DNA of 64,000 bases, from contig CAKUCX010000014.1 of assembly GCA_934643865.1 (NCBI GenBank), positions 2,538-66,537 of the forward strand. The letters are read 5' to 3'. Within the stretch, counting starts at the first letter, position 1. Every line of letters starts with the position of its first letter. Shown in pieces: positions 15,655-24,692 of the stretch. Under the pieces are notes generated by a model that saw nothing but the letters and a program-made list of their open reading frames with translations, did no database searches and was not told the DNA's origin. Source of the stretch: an uncultured Kiritimatiellota bacterium (GTDB lineage Bacteria; Verrucomicrobiota; Kiritimatiellia; RFP12; UBA1067). Position numbers and translations under genes: made by a program.

Positions 15655-18600
15655 TTAGCGTACAAGCAGCAGCGTGCCGCGCGGGCGCGCGAAGAGGGCG
15701 CCCGGCCCCGTGATGAACGGGCACGTCGCCGCGTCGAGGACGCCCGCATGGAAGCGCCCCGCGTAGCGCACCGTCCGCACCTCGTTCGTCACCGGGGCGT
15801 CGAGCGCCAGCGAGGCCCCTTCGTCCACGTCGATGTCGAGGTCCTTCGGCAGCGTCGGCGCGGCCGCCCGCGCGACCTTCTCCACCACGATGCCGTCCAA
15901 CAGACCGCCACAGGAGAAATACCGGGTACTGCCCGCGATCTTCTGCACGGACTCCTTCAGTCCGCTGAACCCAATCACCCCTTTCCCCGCCTCCGGCACC
16001 TCGAAGAGGAACGCATGGCGCACCCACCGCTCGCGCGTGTCGGGCGCGAACCGCCCGATCTCGTTCGTCACGCCCCCGCGCGCATACCACGCCCGGAACT
16101 CCTGTCCGCCGAACAGGTTCAGCTCCTCCGGTCTGCCGTTGTAGCGGTAGAACCGGTCGATCGCCGCCACGCTCAGGCGGTAGGTCCCCGCCTCGGGGAA
16201 CGTGACCGTGCGTGCGAGCGTGGCGCGGTTGCGCACGCCCACGCAGTGGCGGTCGTCGTAGTCGACGTCGCACCAGGCGCCGGGGATCCGATCCTCCCGC
16301 TGGCCCTCCACCAGGCCGGCGCCGTCGTGGATTTCGCTCGGCTCGCCGACGCACGTCCAGTCCGCCAACGCGCCCTCCCGCGTAAACGTCTCGTCCAGCA
16401 CCGCAGCCGTGTCCAGCGCCTCCAGCCGCACGTCGTCAAGCGCGACGAGCGAACCGCCGCCCGCGAACGCCAGCTCCACGGCCGCGTTGTCCGCCGCGAC
16501 CTGTACCGTGAAGGCATACCGCCTCGTCCAATCCGTCGTCCGCACCGTGCCGCAGGAGGCCCCGTTCCAGAAGACCCCGATCTCCGCCCGGGTGTTCGTC
16601 GTGCGGGCATCCGCCGCCGTCGAGGCCGCCGCGAAGGAGAGCCGGTACGCGCCCGCGCGCGCCACCCGGACCGTCTGGGCGATCCGCGCCGTGCCGTGCA
16701 GGACCAGATGGCGGCAACCCTCCGCCGGGCGCAGCGCCGTCTCCCGTCCGTTTCCGATCCGCTCCACCACCACGGCGTCCGCCGCGCCCGCCGTCTCGCA
16801 CGCCCAGCCGCCGAGCGATGCCGGGTTCTCAAGGTACGTCCGCCCAAAGGCATACGACGCCGACTCGAAGCTCGGGTTCGCGAGCGTCACGTCCGCCGTC
16901 CCGGCCTCCAGCCAGTCCACGCGGAAGTCGTCCACCAGCGCGACCGTGTTGCCGGGGATCACCGTGCTGTCGCCGCCGGTCGCGTCACGGTAGGCCTTGC
17001 TGTTGTTCGCGTCGCTCCGCAGGGTGAGCGTGTGGACACCCGCCGCGAGCCACGGGAGGCGGAACGCGCAGGGTTGCCACGCCTTCTCCCGGGTCTGGAC
17101 CTGTGCGACCTCCTCGCCGTCGATCAGGATGTGCGTCTCGTGCCCGACGTAGCCGGGACGCTGCGCGATCCAGAAGGAGAGGCGGTAGACGCCGTCCGCC
17201 GGGAGCGTGAGTGCCGTCTCCAGCCCGCCCCGGATGTGGAGCACGCCGCAGTAGACGCCGTCCGGGTAGCGCTGCCCCGGCACGTTGTAGTAGTAGTGCG
17301 CCGCAGGGTCGTCCGTCCAGCGCGTGACCTTTCCGTCCTCCGTCGATCCCTCCAGCCGCACGCTGCGCCAGCCATGCGTCGGCGCGTCGGGCTTCAGGCT
17401 TCGGTCCGTGTCCGGCTTGATGCCCGCATCCGCGAACGCCTCGAACGAAGGATCCTCGATGGCCCCCACGAGGTTCGTGGGGAAGGCCGATGCGCCGAAC
17501 GCACGCGGGGCGAAGCGGAGCGTCCCCTCCCGGACGGCAAGATGCGCGACGTCCGGCGCGAGCGCGTCAACCGCAAGCGTCCCCGTCCCCGTCTTCACGA
17601 CCGTTCCCGCCGGGGCCTCGGCGGCGGCGACCACCCCCGTGGCGGACGCCGCCAGCGTCGTCCCCGCCAGCGCCTCGAACGCCACGGGCTGGGCGCCGTC
17701 GAAGGAGCCGCCCGCCAGCGCGACGCGCGGCGTCTCGCGGCTTTCCGAGCCGTCCAGCGTGGCGAGCGTCCAGTCCCCGTCGCCCGTCTTCAGCACCCGC
17801 CCCGCGCCGGCCGTCGCGAGGGAGAGGGCCGCGCCGCGCGTCCCCCACTTGCGCTGCAGGTAGGCCGTCACGGCCACGCGGTTCGATTCGTCGAGCGGCG
17901 AGGCGAAGAGGATCACCTCGCACAGGCGCCCGCCGCCCTGGCGGTAGCCGTCGTTGTCGTTGGCGATCGCGTTGTACGAGAAAAGGCCCTCCACGTGCCA
18001 GCCGTCGCGCCCGGGCGTGATGTCCAGCAGCTGGTAGCCGCCGTTGGGCCCTGAGACGGACGGATCAACGGGCCGCCCGTCCACGCGGAACAGGCCCGAC
18101 GCCAACGTGCGCCACCCGCCCGCCGGCTGGAGGAAGGCCGTCGGCAGCGTCCCCTCCGCCAGCGTCTTGTAGCTCTTCGGCACAAACACCGCATGGTGCG
18201 AACCGGGATTGAAGACAAAGCCGTAGCCCCCGTCCTGCGTCCCCAGAACGGCGAACGCCTGCCGCACGCCGCCCACGGCGAACCCCGACCCGTCGGCGGC
18301 GGCGAAGCGGACGTTGCGCCCGCTCGAATACCTCCCGAAGTCAACGTAAGCGCACGCGCCGCCCGACGCGGGGACGTAGCGGGGGAACCACCCTTCTGGG
18401 TCGGGCGCGTAGGCGGCGGAGTGGGCGAGGTTCGTGAACGCGACGGCGCGCGGACGCACATACGGGTTCGCCGCCGAGCCGTCCCCCGTCTCGCGCGCGT
18501 CGAGCCACGTCCCCACGGTCCCCGCCACCCCGTCGGCGGGAAGGATCGTCGCGGGGCGGGCGGCGTCGAGCCAGAGGGCCGCCGCGTCGAGAGCGGCGGG

Positions 18601-18852
18601 CGCGGGCAGGGGCGGCGGCGCGCCGTCCGCCGCCGCGACGGCCAGCGTACCGTCCGCCACGACCAGCCGCGCCGCGCCCACGGCGCAGAGGTCGTCACGC
18701 GCCACCGACGTCGTGCCGGGGCCCTGCTTGCGCAGCTCGCCCGTGAACGTCCTCGGCCCAGACGCCGCGCCCGCGTCCGGCAGCCGCGCCACGCCCGCAC
18801 CGGCCGCAAGCGCGCACGCCGCGAGCGCGCAGCCGATCATCTCCTTCGCCAT
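15655..18852 (-). CDS. Giant secreted surface/adhesin-like protein with LamG-like domain, PATR (autotransporter-associated beta-strand) repeats and CBM-like modules
   Basis: The signal peptide is MAKEMIGCALAACALAAGAG. The LamG tail hallmark is ASPLDESNRVAVTAYLQRKWG. PATR-like strands are RVLKTGDGDWTLA and TVVKTGTGTLAV. N/DPSFE-type module starts recur (IEDPSFEAF, LANPSFESA). The C-terminus is ...ARPRGTLLLVR. Confidence 0.8.
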   Translation of the reverse strand: MAKEMIGCALAACALAAGAGVARLPDAGAASGPRTFTGELRKQGPGTTSVARDDLCAVGAARLVVADGTLAVAAADGAPPPLPAPAALDAAALWLDAARPATILPADGVAGTVGTWLDARETGDGSAANPYVRPRAVAFTNLAHSAAYAPDPEGWFPRYVPASGGACAYVDFGRYSSGRNVRFAAADGSGFAVGGVRQAFAVLGTQDGGYGFVFNPGSHHAVFVPKSYKTLAEGTLPTAFLQPAGGWRTLASGLFRVDGRPVDPSVSGPNGGYQLLDITPGRDGWHVEGLFSYNAIANDNDGYRQGGGRLCEVILFASPLDESNRVAVTAYLQRKWGTRGAALSLATAGAGRVLKTGDGDWTLATLDGSESRETPRVALAGGSFDGAQPVAFEALAGTTLAASATGVVAAAEAPAGTVVKTGTGTLAVDALAPDVAHLAVREGTLRFAPRAFGASAFPTNLVGAIEDPSFEAFADAGIKPDTDRSLKPDAPTHGWRSVRLEGSTEDGKVTRWTDDPAAHYYYNVPGQRYPDGVYCGVLHIRGGLETALTLPADGVYRLSFWIAQRPGYVGHETHILIDGEEVAQVQTREKAWQPCAFRLPWLAAGVHTLTLRSDANNSKAYRDATGGDSTVIPGNTVALVDDFRVDWLEAGTADVTLANPSFESASYAFGRTYLENPASLGGWACETAGAADAVVVERIGNGRETALRPAEGCRHLVLHGTARIAQTVRVARAGAYRLSFAAASTAADARTTNTRAEIGVFWNGASCGTVRTTDWTRRYAFTVQVAADNAAVELAFAGGGSLVALDDVRLEALDTAAVLDETFTREGALADWTCVGEPSEIHDGAGLVEGQREDRIPGAWCDVDYDDRHCVGVRNRATLARTVTFPEAGTYRLSVAAIDRFYRYNGRPEELNLFGGQEFRAWYARGGVTNEIGRFAPDTRERWVRHAFLFEVPEAGKGVIGFSGLKESVQKIAGSTRYFSCGGLLDGIVVEKVARAAAPTLPKDLDIDVDEGASLALDAPVTNEVRTVRYAGRFHAGVLDAATCPFITGPGALFARPRGTLLLVR

Positions 18853-18895
18853 GCCGCCTCCTCTCTTTTTCGCCTTGCAGTTTCAGATAGAGGAA

Positions 18896-18904
18896 AGCAT
18901 AGCA
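18896..18904 (-). promoter_or_regulatory. Extended -10 box TGCTATGCT for 15655..18852
   Basis: The minus strand reads CATGTGCTATGCT, 43 nt upstream of the ATG at 18852. The leader carries a GAGAGGAGG SD. Confidence 0.45.
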
Positions 18905-18969
18905 CATGGCACACGGGCTGGCACTATCCTAAAAAGGAATATGACTATCTTTTTTAGGCCCTCCTATCG

Positions 18970-18998
18970 TTGCCGACGCACGGCAGATCTGGTAGACT
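18970..18998 (+). promoter_or_regulatory. Sigma70-type promoter TTGCCG-N17-(TGG)TAGACT for the XylR-like gene; only 10 nt to the ATG
   Basis: -35 TTGCCG lies at 18970..18975 and extended -10 TGGTAGACT at 18990..18998. The ATG is at 19009. Confidence 0.5.
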
Positions 18999-19008
18999 GG
19001 CGGGACCG

Positions 19009-20211
19009 ATGGGTTTCCGCGTCGCCATCCTCATGGAATCGTCCTTGGAAATCTCGCGCGATCTGCTGCGCGGGATCATCCGCCACGTGCGCGCATCCGA
19101 GCCCTGGACACTCGACATCACGCCGGGCGGCATCGGCGACCAGCGCCTCCCCGAATCCTGGCGGGGGGACGGCATCATCGCCCGCATCCCCTCCGTGGCG
19201 GAGGCCGCCCGCCTCGCGGCCTGCCCCGTCCCCAAGGTCATCCTCGACCCGCAGGGCCCCTTCGCGGCCCCCGGCCACCCGCTCGCCGCCTGCGCCCGCG
19301 TGGAAAGCGACCACGGGGCGATCGGGCGCGTCGCCGCCGGCCATCTGCTCGGGCGCGGCTTCCGGCACTTCGCCTACGTCGGCCCCACCCTCTCCTCCTC
19401 GCCGCAGATGGCCTACGACGCGACGGGGCTTGCCGAACCGAACTGGTCGCTCGCCCGGCGGGACGCCTTTCTCGCCGCGCTGGCCGCCGAGGGGCACGGC
19501 GCCGCCGTCTACCCGCGCCCCCGCACGCGCCGCGCCGCCGTGAACTGGAACCTGGAGATGCCCGCGCTCGTCCAGTGGCTGCTGCGTCTGCCGCGCCCGC
19601 TGGCCGTCTTCACGCCGCACGACGCGCGCGGGCGGCAGATCCTCGACGCCTGCCACGCCGCCCGCCTCCCCGTCCCCTACCAGGTCGCCGTCCTCGGCGT
19701 CAACGACGACTCCACGCTCTGCGAGACCGCCCTGCCGCCCCTGTCGTCCATCCGTCTGGACGCCGTGGCGGCGGGCCGGCGCGCCGCCGAGATGCTCGAC
19801 GCGCTCATGGCGGGCCGCCGCCCGGCGCCCTGGCACCACCGCTACGGCTGCCTCGGCGTGACGGCGCGGGACTCCACCGCCGCCATGCAGACCGACGACG
19901 CCGTGGCCATCGCCGTCCTGGAGGACATCCGCACGGCGTGCGGCTTCAACCTGCGCGTGGGCGAAGTGGCCGCCCGTCACGGCTTCACCGTGCGCGCGCT
20001 TGAAAAGCGCTTCCGCCGCGCCATCGGGCAGAGCGTGGGCGCCGTCATCCGCACGACCTGCCTCGACCACGTGCGCCGCCTCGTCACGGAGAGCGACCGC
20101 CCCTTCGGCGACATCGCCCGCGCCTGCGGCCAACTCAGCGCCGCGCACCTCGCCGCCGCGTTCAAGGCCCGCTTCGGCGAGACGATGACCGCCGCGCGCG
20201 CGCGCCGATGA
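19009..20211 (+). CDS. XylR-type transcriptional regulator (periplasmic-binding-protein-like sensor domain + AraC-family HTH)
   Basis: MGFRVAILMESSLEISRDLLRGI opens a LacI/PBP-like domain. The C-terminal AraC-type HTH includes ...EVAARHGFTVRALEKRFRRAIGQS...IARACGQLSAAHLAAAFKARFGETM. The ATG at 19009 is preferred over the track start at 18970. Confidence 0.85.
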   Translation: MGFRVAILMESSLEISRDLLRGIIRHVRASEPWTLDITPGGIGDQRLPESWRGDGIIARIPSVAEAARLAACPVPKVILDPQGPFAAPGHPLAACARVESDHGAIGRVAAGHLLGRGFRHFAYVGPTLSSSPQMAYDATGLAEPNWSLARRDAFLAALAAEGHGAAVYPRPRTRRAAVNWNLEMPALVQWLLRLPRPLAVFTPHDARGRQILDACHAARLPVPYQVAVLGVNDDSTLCETALPPLSSIRLDAVAAGRRAAEMLDALMAGRRPAPWHHRYGCLGVTARDSTAAMQTDDAVAIAVLEDIRTACGFNLRVGEVAARHGFTVRALEKRFRRAIGQSVGAVIRTTCLDHVRRLVTESDRPFGDIARACGQLSAAHLAAAFKARFGETMTAARARR

Positions 20212-20233
20212 CGCCCCCCCCCCGGCGCGGCGC

Positions 20234-20262
20234 TTTACGCCACGTCGGGGGTTTGGTACAAT
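20234..20262 (+). promoter_or_regulatory. Sigma70-type promoter TTTACG-N17-(TGG)TACAAT for the hybrid kinase gene
   Basis: -35 lies at 20234..20239 and extended -10 TGGTACAAT at 20254..20262. The 64-nt leader has a GGAGGG SD 4 nt before the ATG at 20327. Confidence 0.5.
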
Positions 20263-20326
20263 CCTCGAAGGCAGGGGGGATGCGAGGGGCGTCGCCCGGA
20301 CAACGCGAAACGGGGCCGGAGGGCAC

Positions 20327-23300
20327 ATGCGACAGATTGGCAGGCTGGCGGCGGCGAGGGGTCTTTGCGCTTTCTGCATGGCGTTCGCCTCCTGCGCGCC
20401 GGCCGCCGCCTCCGGCATCCCCGCCCCCCGCGCCGTCACCGTCGCCGAGACGCTCGGCGACATGTCCGGCGACGACGGAGCGGCGCCGGGCGCGGCCTAC
20501 TGCAGGCAGGTCATGGAGCATCTCTTCGAGAAGGCGCACCTCACAGCCGTGCGCGTCCGGCATGCCGACCGCCGTCCGGCCGCCGACGTCGTCTTCGCGG
20601 CCTTCCGCACGCCTGAGCTTCTCAGGTCGTTCAACATCCCCTTCCAGCCACTCTGCCGCATCCGCTTCGCCCTCTACGCGACGCCCGCGCGCGCCCGGGC
20701 GCTCCGCGCGGCGGCGCCGCCGGACTGGCCGTCGCTGCGCGTCGCCTTCGCGCCGGCACCCTGCGGCGCCGACGACGGCCTCAAACGGTTCTTCGAGACG
20801 AGCGGTATCCCGCACACGCCCGTCGCATGCCCGACGCGCGCCGCCGCCGCGCAGGCCGTCGAACGCGGCGAGGCGGACCTGCTCTTCCTCGCCGCCGCCG
20901 CAGGGCGCCGGCCGCCCGGGCTCGAACAGGTCGTCAAGATCGGGGAGCGCAACGTCTACTTCGCCGTCAGCCGCGAACGCGGCGACCTCTTCCGCCTTCT
21001 GACGGAAACGTACCGCGCCTGCTACGTCGGCGAGCCCGGCCTGTTCGACACCTGGCGGAAGGCGCACTTCGGCGTCGAGCCGCCGACGAACCGCGTGCGC
21101 GTCGCGGCCTTCGCCTATCCGGGCGTCTTCCAGCGTCTGGGCAAGGCCCGTCCGCAGGGACGCCTGGCGGACTGGATGGAGATCCTCGCGCGCGAAAAGG
21201 GCTGGACGGTCGACTGGGTCTGCGGCACCTACGCGCAGGGCGCGGACGACGTGGCGGCGGGCCGGCTCGACCTCGCCTACGGCATCGCCGACACGCCCGC
21301 CAACCGCGCGCGCTTCGCCTTTCCGCCCGTGCCGGTCGGCTATCGCCAGCTCATTCTCTGGACGCCGCGCGACGCGCCCTATGTCCCGAACGACGCGACG
21401 ACGTGGTCGGGCATGCGCATCGCCCACCTGCAGGGGTCGCCCACCGCGCAGCAGCTGCGGGACATGCTGCGCGCGCGCGGGGTCGCCGCCGCGTTCGTCC
21501 CCTACGAGAACGAGGCCGACCTCCTCGCGGCCTACCACCGCCGCGCGGTCGACGCCGTCATCGCGGCGGCGTGCGACGGCCTTCTCTACGAAAAGCGACT
21601 CCTGGTGCAGATCCCCGAGCCCGCCTACCTCTGCACGGCCAAGGGCAACGCGCGCCTGGCCGCCGCGCTCGCCGACGCGCTCGGCAGCCTCACGCGCCGG
21701 GAGACGCACTTCGTCCGGGGCCTCGCCGTGCAGCACCGGATCGTCAAGGACTTCGATCTCTCCGCCTACACGAAGGCCGAACGCGACTGGCTCACGGCGC
21801 GGCGCCTGGCGGGCGGCTACGTGACCGTCGCCTTTTCGCCGCGCGACGCCGACGGGCGGGACTTCGGCGGCGGCCTCGAAGGCCACGGGAAGGTGATCTT
21901 CGAGGAGATCTCCCGTCGCACGGGCCTCCAGTTCCGCATGGCGCCGCCGACGGACGTCAAGACGGCCCGGACGCGGTTTCTGCGCGGGGAGACGCCCCTC
22001 TGGGCGGCGTATCCGCTGACCTTCGACGAAGACTTCTACGGCTTCGGGGAAAAGGTCTTCTCCTTCACGATTCCACAGCTCTACTCGCGGCGGGCGGGCC
22101 TCCCGAAAAACATCATCGCCACGGGGAAGATCGCCGTGAACAGGCAAAACGCCGCATCTGTCTCGGCCTGCTGCCAGCCCGACCTCATCGACCGCCTCGT
22201 CTTCTGCGACGGCGTCCGCGACTGCTACCGCGCACTCCTGGACCGCCGCGCCGACTGCACGGTCGTGCCCATCTCCCTCGGCGGGCGCGTCATCGAGGCG
22301 CTGGGCTGCGGGCGTCAGGTCGAGAACGAAGTCTTCGACGGCATGCGCGACCGCGACGCCTACGAGCTCGTCGCCGGCCCGAAGGCGCCGCCGGAGCTCG
22401 TGTCGATCATCCGCAAGGCCGCGCAGAGCGTCGACCGCGCGCGCATCAAGGAGTTCTTCGTCATGGGCGAGCTCGCGCGCCAGCGGGACGCCAACTTCCG
22501 CGAACGCTACATGGGCATGACCTCCGCCCAGGTGGGGAAGGTCTTCTCGGCGCTCGCGCTCGTCGTCCTCGTCTCCGTTCTGGTCGCGCTCATCCTCCTC
22601 GTCCGCGCGGTCGAACGGGAGCGCGGAGACCGGCGGCGGATCGCGGCCGAACGCGACCGCGCCCTCGCGGCGGAAAAGGCGAAGAGCCTCTTCTTCTCGT
22701 CCGTCTCGCACGACATCCGCACGCCGCTCAACGCCCTCATCGGCTTTTCCGAGCTTCTTGAGCAGGGCGTGGACGACAAGGCGGAGCTCGGCCGCTACGT
22801 CGCGACGATCCGGTCGAGCGGCAGGATGCTCGCGCGCCTCGTCAACGACATCCTCGACCTCTCCAAGCTCGAAAGCGGCAAGCTGGAGATCCTCAAGGAG
22901 CCGACCGACGCGGCGGCCCTTGCGCGCGAAGTGGCGGCCGCGTTCGACGTGACGCGCGCCAACAAGGCGCTCGCGTTCACCGAGGACATCGCGCCGATGC
23001 CGCGCGTGCAGGTCGACCCCCAGCGCCTCCGCCAGATTCTCCACAACCTCCTCTCGAATGCGTTCAAGTACACGTCTGAGGGCGGCGTGGCCCTCCGCAC
23101 GGCCTGGCGGGACGGCACGTTCACGCTCGCCGTCGAAGACACGGGCAAGGGCATCTCGCAGGAGGACATCGCCCGCATCCTCCAGCCGTTCGAGCAGGTC
23201 GTCGACCGCAACCACCGCGACGGGACGGGGCTCGGGCTCTCCATCTGCCAGCGCCTCGCCGCGCTCATGGGCGGCGAACTGACGATCACCTCGGAAGTCG

Positions 23301-23851
23301 GCAGGGGATCGACGTTCACGGTCACGCTGCGGCACGTCGAGGTTGCGGAGGAAGACGCGGCGGCGTGCGCGCCCGCCTCGGACGCGCGGCCTCCGTCCGC
23401 GCCCGCCGCCTCGCCGCACGTCCTCGTCGTCGACGACTCGTCGGTGAACCGGCTTGTCCTCAAGTCGATGCTCGCGCGATGCGGCGTCTCCCGACCCCTT
23501 CTCGCCAAGAACGGGAAGGCGGCGCTTGAGCTCCTCCGGAAGGACCCGTCCGTCGACCTCGTCCTGACCGACTTCTGGATGCCGGAGATGGACGGCGAGG
23601 CGCTTGTCGCGGCCATCCGCGCCGACGCGGCGCGCCGGCACCTGCCGGTCTACCTCATCACGGCGGACGTCGAAACCGTCGCGCAGCACAGGGAACGCGG
23701 CTTTACCGGCGTCCTGCTGAAGCCCGTCACGCTCGCCGCCGTCAAAGAGCTGCTGGACCATCCCCATCCCCCCCCCCCCCCCCATTTGCGGCCGGCGCGC
23801 GGGTCGGGTGCGGGGAAGGGGCTTCTGGCGCGGCTGACGGGGCGTCGCTAG
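20327..23851 (+). CDS. Hybrid sensor histidine kinase/response regulator with large periplasmic region of solute-binding-protein-like repeats
   Basis: Signal/TM at the N-terminus, ~700-aa periplasmic part, and a TM segment VFSALALVVLVSVLVALILLV. H-box is SHDIRTPLNAL and HATPase G-box is GTGLGLSICQRL. The receiver segment is VLVVDDSSVNRL...LVLTDFWMPEMDG...LLKP. Confidence 0.9.
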   Translation: MRQIGRLAAARGLCAFCMAFASCAPAAASGIPAPRAVTVAETLGDMSGDDGAAPGAAYCRQVMEHLFEKAHLTAVRVRHADRRPAADVVFAAFRTPELLRSFNIPFQPLCRIRFALYATPARARALRAAAPPDWPSLRVAFAPAPCGADDGLKRFFETSGIPHTPVACPTRAAAAQAVERGEADLLFLAAAAGRRPPGLEQVVKIGERNVYFAVSRERGDLFRLLTETYRACYVGEPGLFDTWRKAHFGVEPPTNRVRVAAFAYPGVFQRLGKARPQGRLADWMEILAREKGWTVDWVCGTYAQGADDVAAGRLDLAYGIADTPANRARFAFPPVPVGYRQLILWTPRDAPYVPNDATTWSGMRIAHLQGSPTAQQLRDMLRARGVAAAFVPYENEADLLAAYHRRAVDAVIAAACDGLLYEKRLLVQIPEPAYLCTAKGNARLAAALADALGSLTRRETHFVRGLAVQHRIVKDFDLSAYTKAERDWLTARRLAGGYVTVAFSPRDADGRDFGGGLEGHGKVIFEEISRRTGLQFRMAPPTDVKTARTRFLRGETPLWAAYPLTFDEDFYGFGEKVFSFTIPQLYSRRAGLPKNIIATGKIAVNRQNAASVSACCQPDLIDRLVFCDGVRDCYRALLDRRADCTVVPISLGGRVIEALGCGRQVENEVFDGMRDRDAYELVAGPKAPPELVSIIRKAAQSVDRARIKEFFVMGELARQRDANFRERYMGMTSAQVGKVFSALALVVLVSVLVALILLVRAVERERGDRRRIAAERDRALAAEKAKSLFFSSVSHDIRTPLNALIGFSELLEQGVDDKAELGRYVATIRSSGRMLARLVNDILDLSKLESGKLEILKEPTDAAALAREVAAAFDVTRANKALAFTEDIAPMPRVQVDPQRLRQILHNLLSNAFKYTSEGGVALRTAWRDGTFTLAVEDTGKGISQEDIARILQPFEQVVDRNHRDGTGLGLSICQRLAALMGGELTITSEVGRGSTFTVTLRHVEVAEEDAAACAPASDARPPSAPAASPHVLVVDDSSVNRLVLKSMLARCGVSRPLLAKNGKAALELLRKDPSVDLVLTDFWMPEMDGEALVAAIRADAARRHLPVYLITADVETVAQHRERGFTGVLLKPVTLAAVKELLDHPHPPPPPHLRPARGSGAGKGLLARLTGRR

Positions 23852-23864
23852 AAGAAACGCCCGC

Positions 23865-24596
23865 CTAGGAGACGAGCGTCCCGACGGCCTCGCCGCGGAC
23901 CACCCGCTCCAGGGCGTCGCCGTCGAAGAAGTCGAAGACGATGATCGGGATGTCGTTGTCCATGCAGAGCGCGAACGCCGCCGAGTCCATCACCTTCAGG
24001 CGCTTCTCCAGCGCGGTCTCGTACTTGAGCGAGCCGTACTTCTTCGCCTGGGGGTCCTTCATCGGGTCGGCCGTGTAGATGCCGTCGACCTTCGTGGCCT
24101 TGAGGAGCGCGTCGGCGCCGATCTCGCTCGCGCGCAGCGCGGCCGCCGAGTCGGTCGAGAAGTAGGGATTGCCCGTGCCGCCGGCGAAGATGACGACGCG
24201 CCCCTTCTCGAAGTGGCGGATGGCCTTGCGCTGGATGAACGGCTCGGCGAGCTTCGGCATCTCGATGGACGTCATCACGCGCGTCGGCACACCGATCGTC
24301 TCCAGCGCGTTCATCATCGCAAGCCCGTTGATGATCGTCGCGAGCATCCCCATCGAGTCGCCCACGACGCGGTTCACGCCGTTCTTCGCGCCGGAAAGGC
24401 CCCGGAAGATGTTGCCGCCGCCCAGCACGATCCCCACCTCGCACCCGAGCGCGTGGATCTTCCGCACGCGCTCGGCCATGAAGGCGAGGCGCTCGGCGTC
24501 GATGCAGTCGCCCTTCTCGCGATTCTTCAGCACCTCGCCCGAGAGTTTGAGGAGGATGCGTCTGTACTTGAGCTTCGGCGACGGTTCCTGTTCCAT
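23865..24596 (-). CDS. pyrH: UMP kinase
   Basis: RILLKLSGEVL, GIVLGGGNIFRG and VVIFAGGTGNPYFSTDSAAALRA are canonical PyrH motifs. Confidence 0.95.
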   Translation of the reverse strand: MEQEPSPKLKYRRILLKLSGEVLKNREKGDCIDAERLAFMAERVRKIHALGCEVGIVLGGGNIFRGLSGAKNGVNRVVGDSMGMLATIINGLAMMNALETIGVPTRVMTSIEMPKLAEPFIQRKAIRHFEKGRVVIFAGGTGNPYFSTDSAAALRASEIGADALLKATKVDGIYTADPMKDPQAKKYGSLKYETALEKRLKVMDSAAFALCMDNDIPIIVFDFFDGDALERVVRGEAVGTLVS

Positions 24597-24683
24597 GGCG
24601 GCCCTTCGGTTATCAATTAAAGGTTGGCGGATGAACTGGCATGCGGTCTGGGGGACCGTTCCCCCTTCCGACGCCGGGGAGAT

Positions 24684-24692
24684 AGTCTATCA
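24684..24692 (-). promoter_or_regulatory. Extended -10 box TGATAGACT for pyrH, overlapping the nth stop codon
   Basis: The minus strand reads GAATTGTGATAGACT, and the TGA is the nth stop. The 87-nt leader has a GAAGGG SD. Confidence 0.4.
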
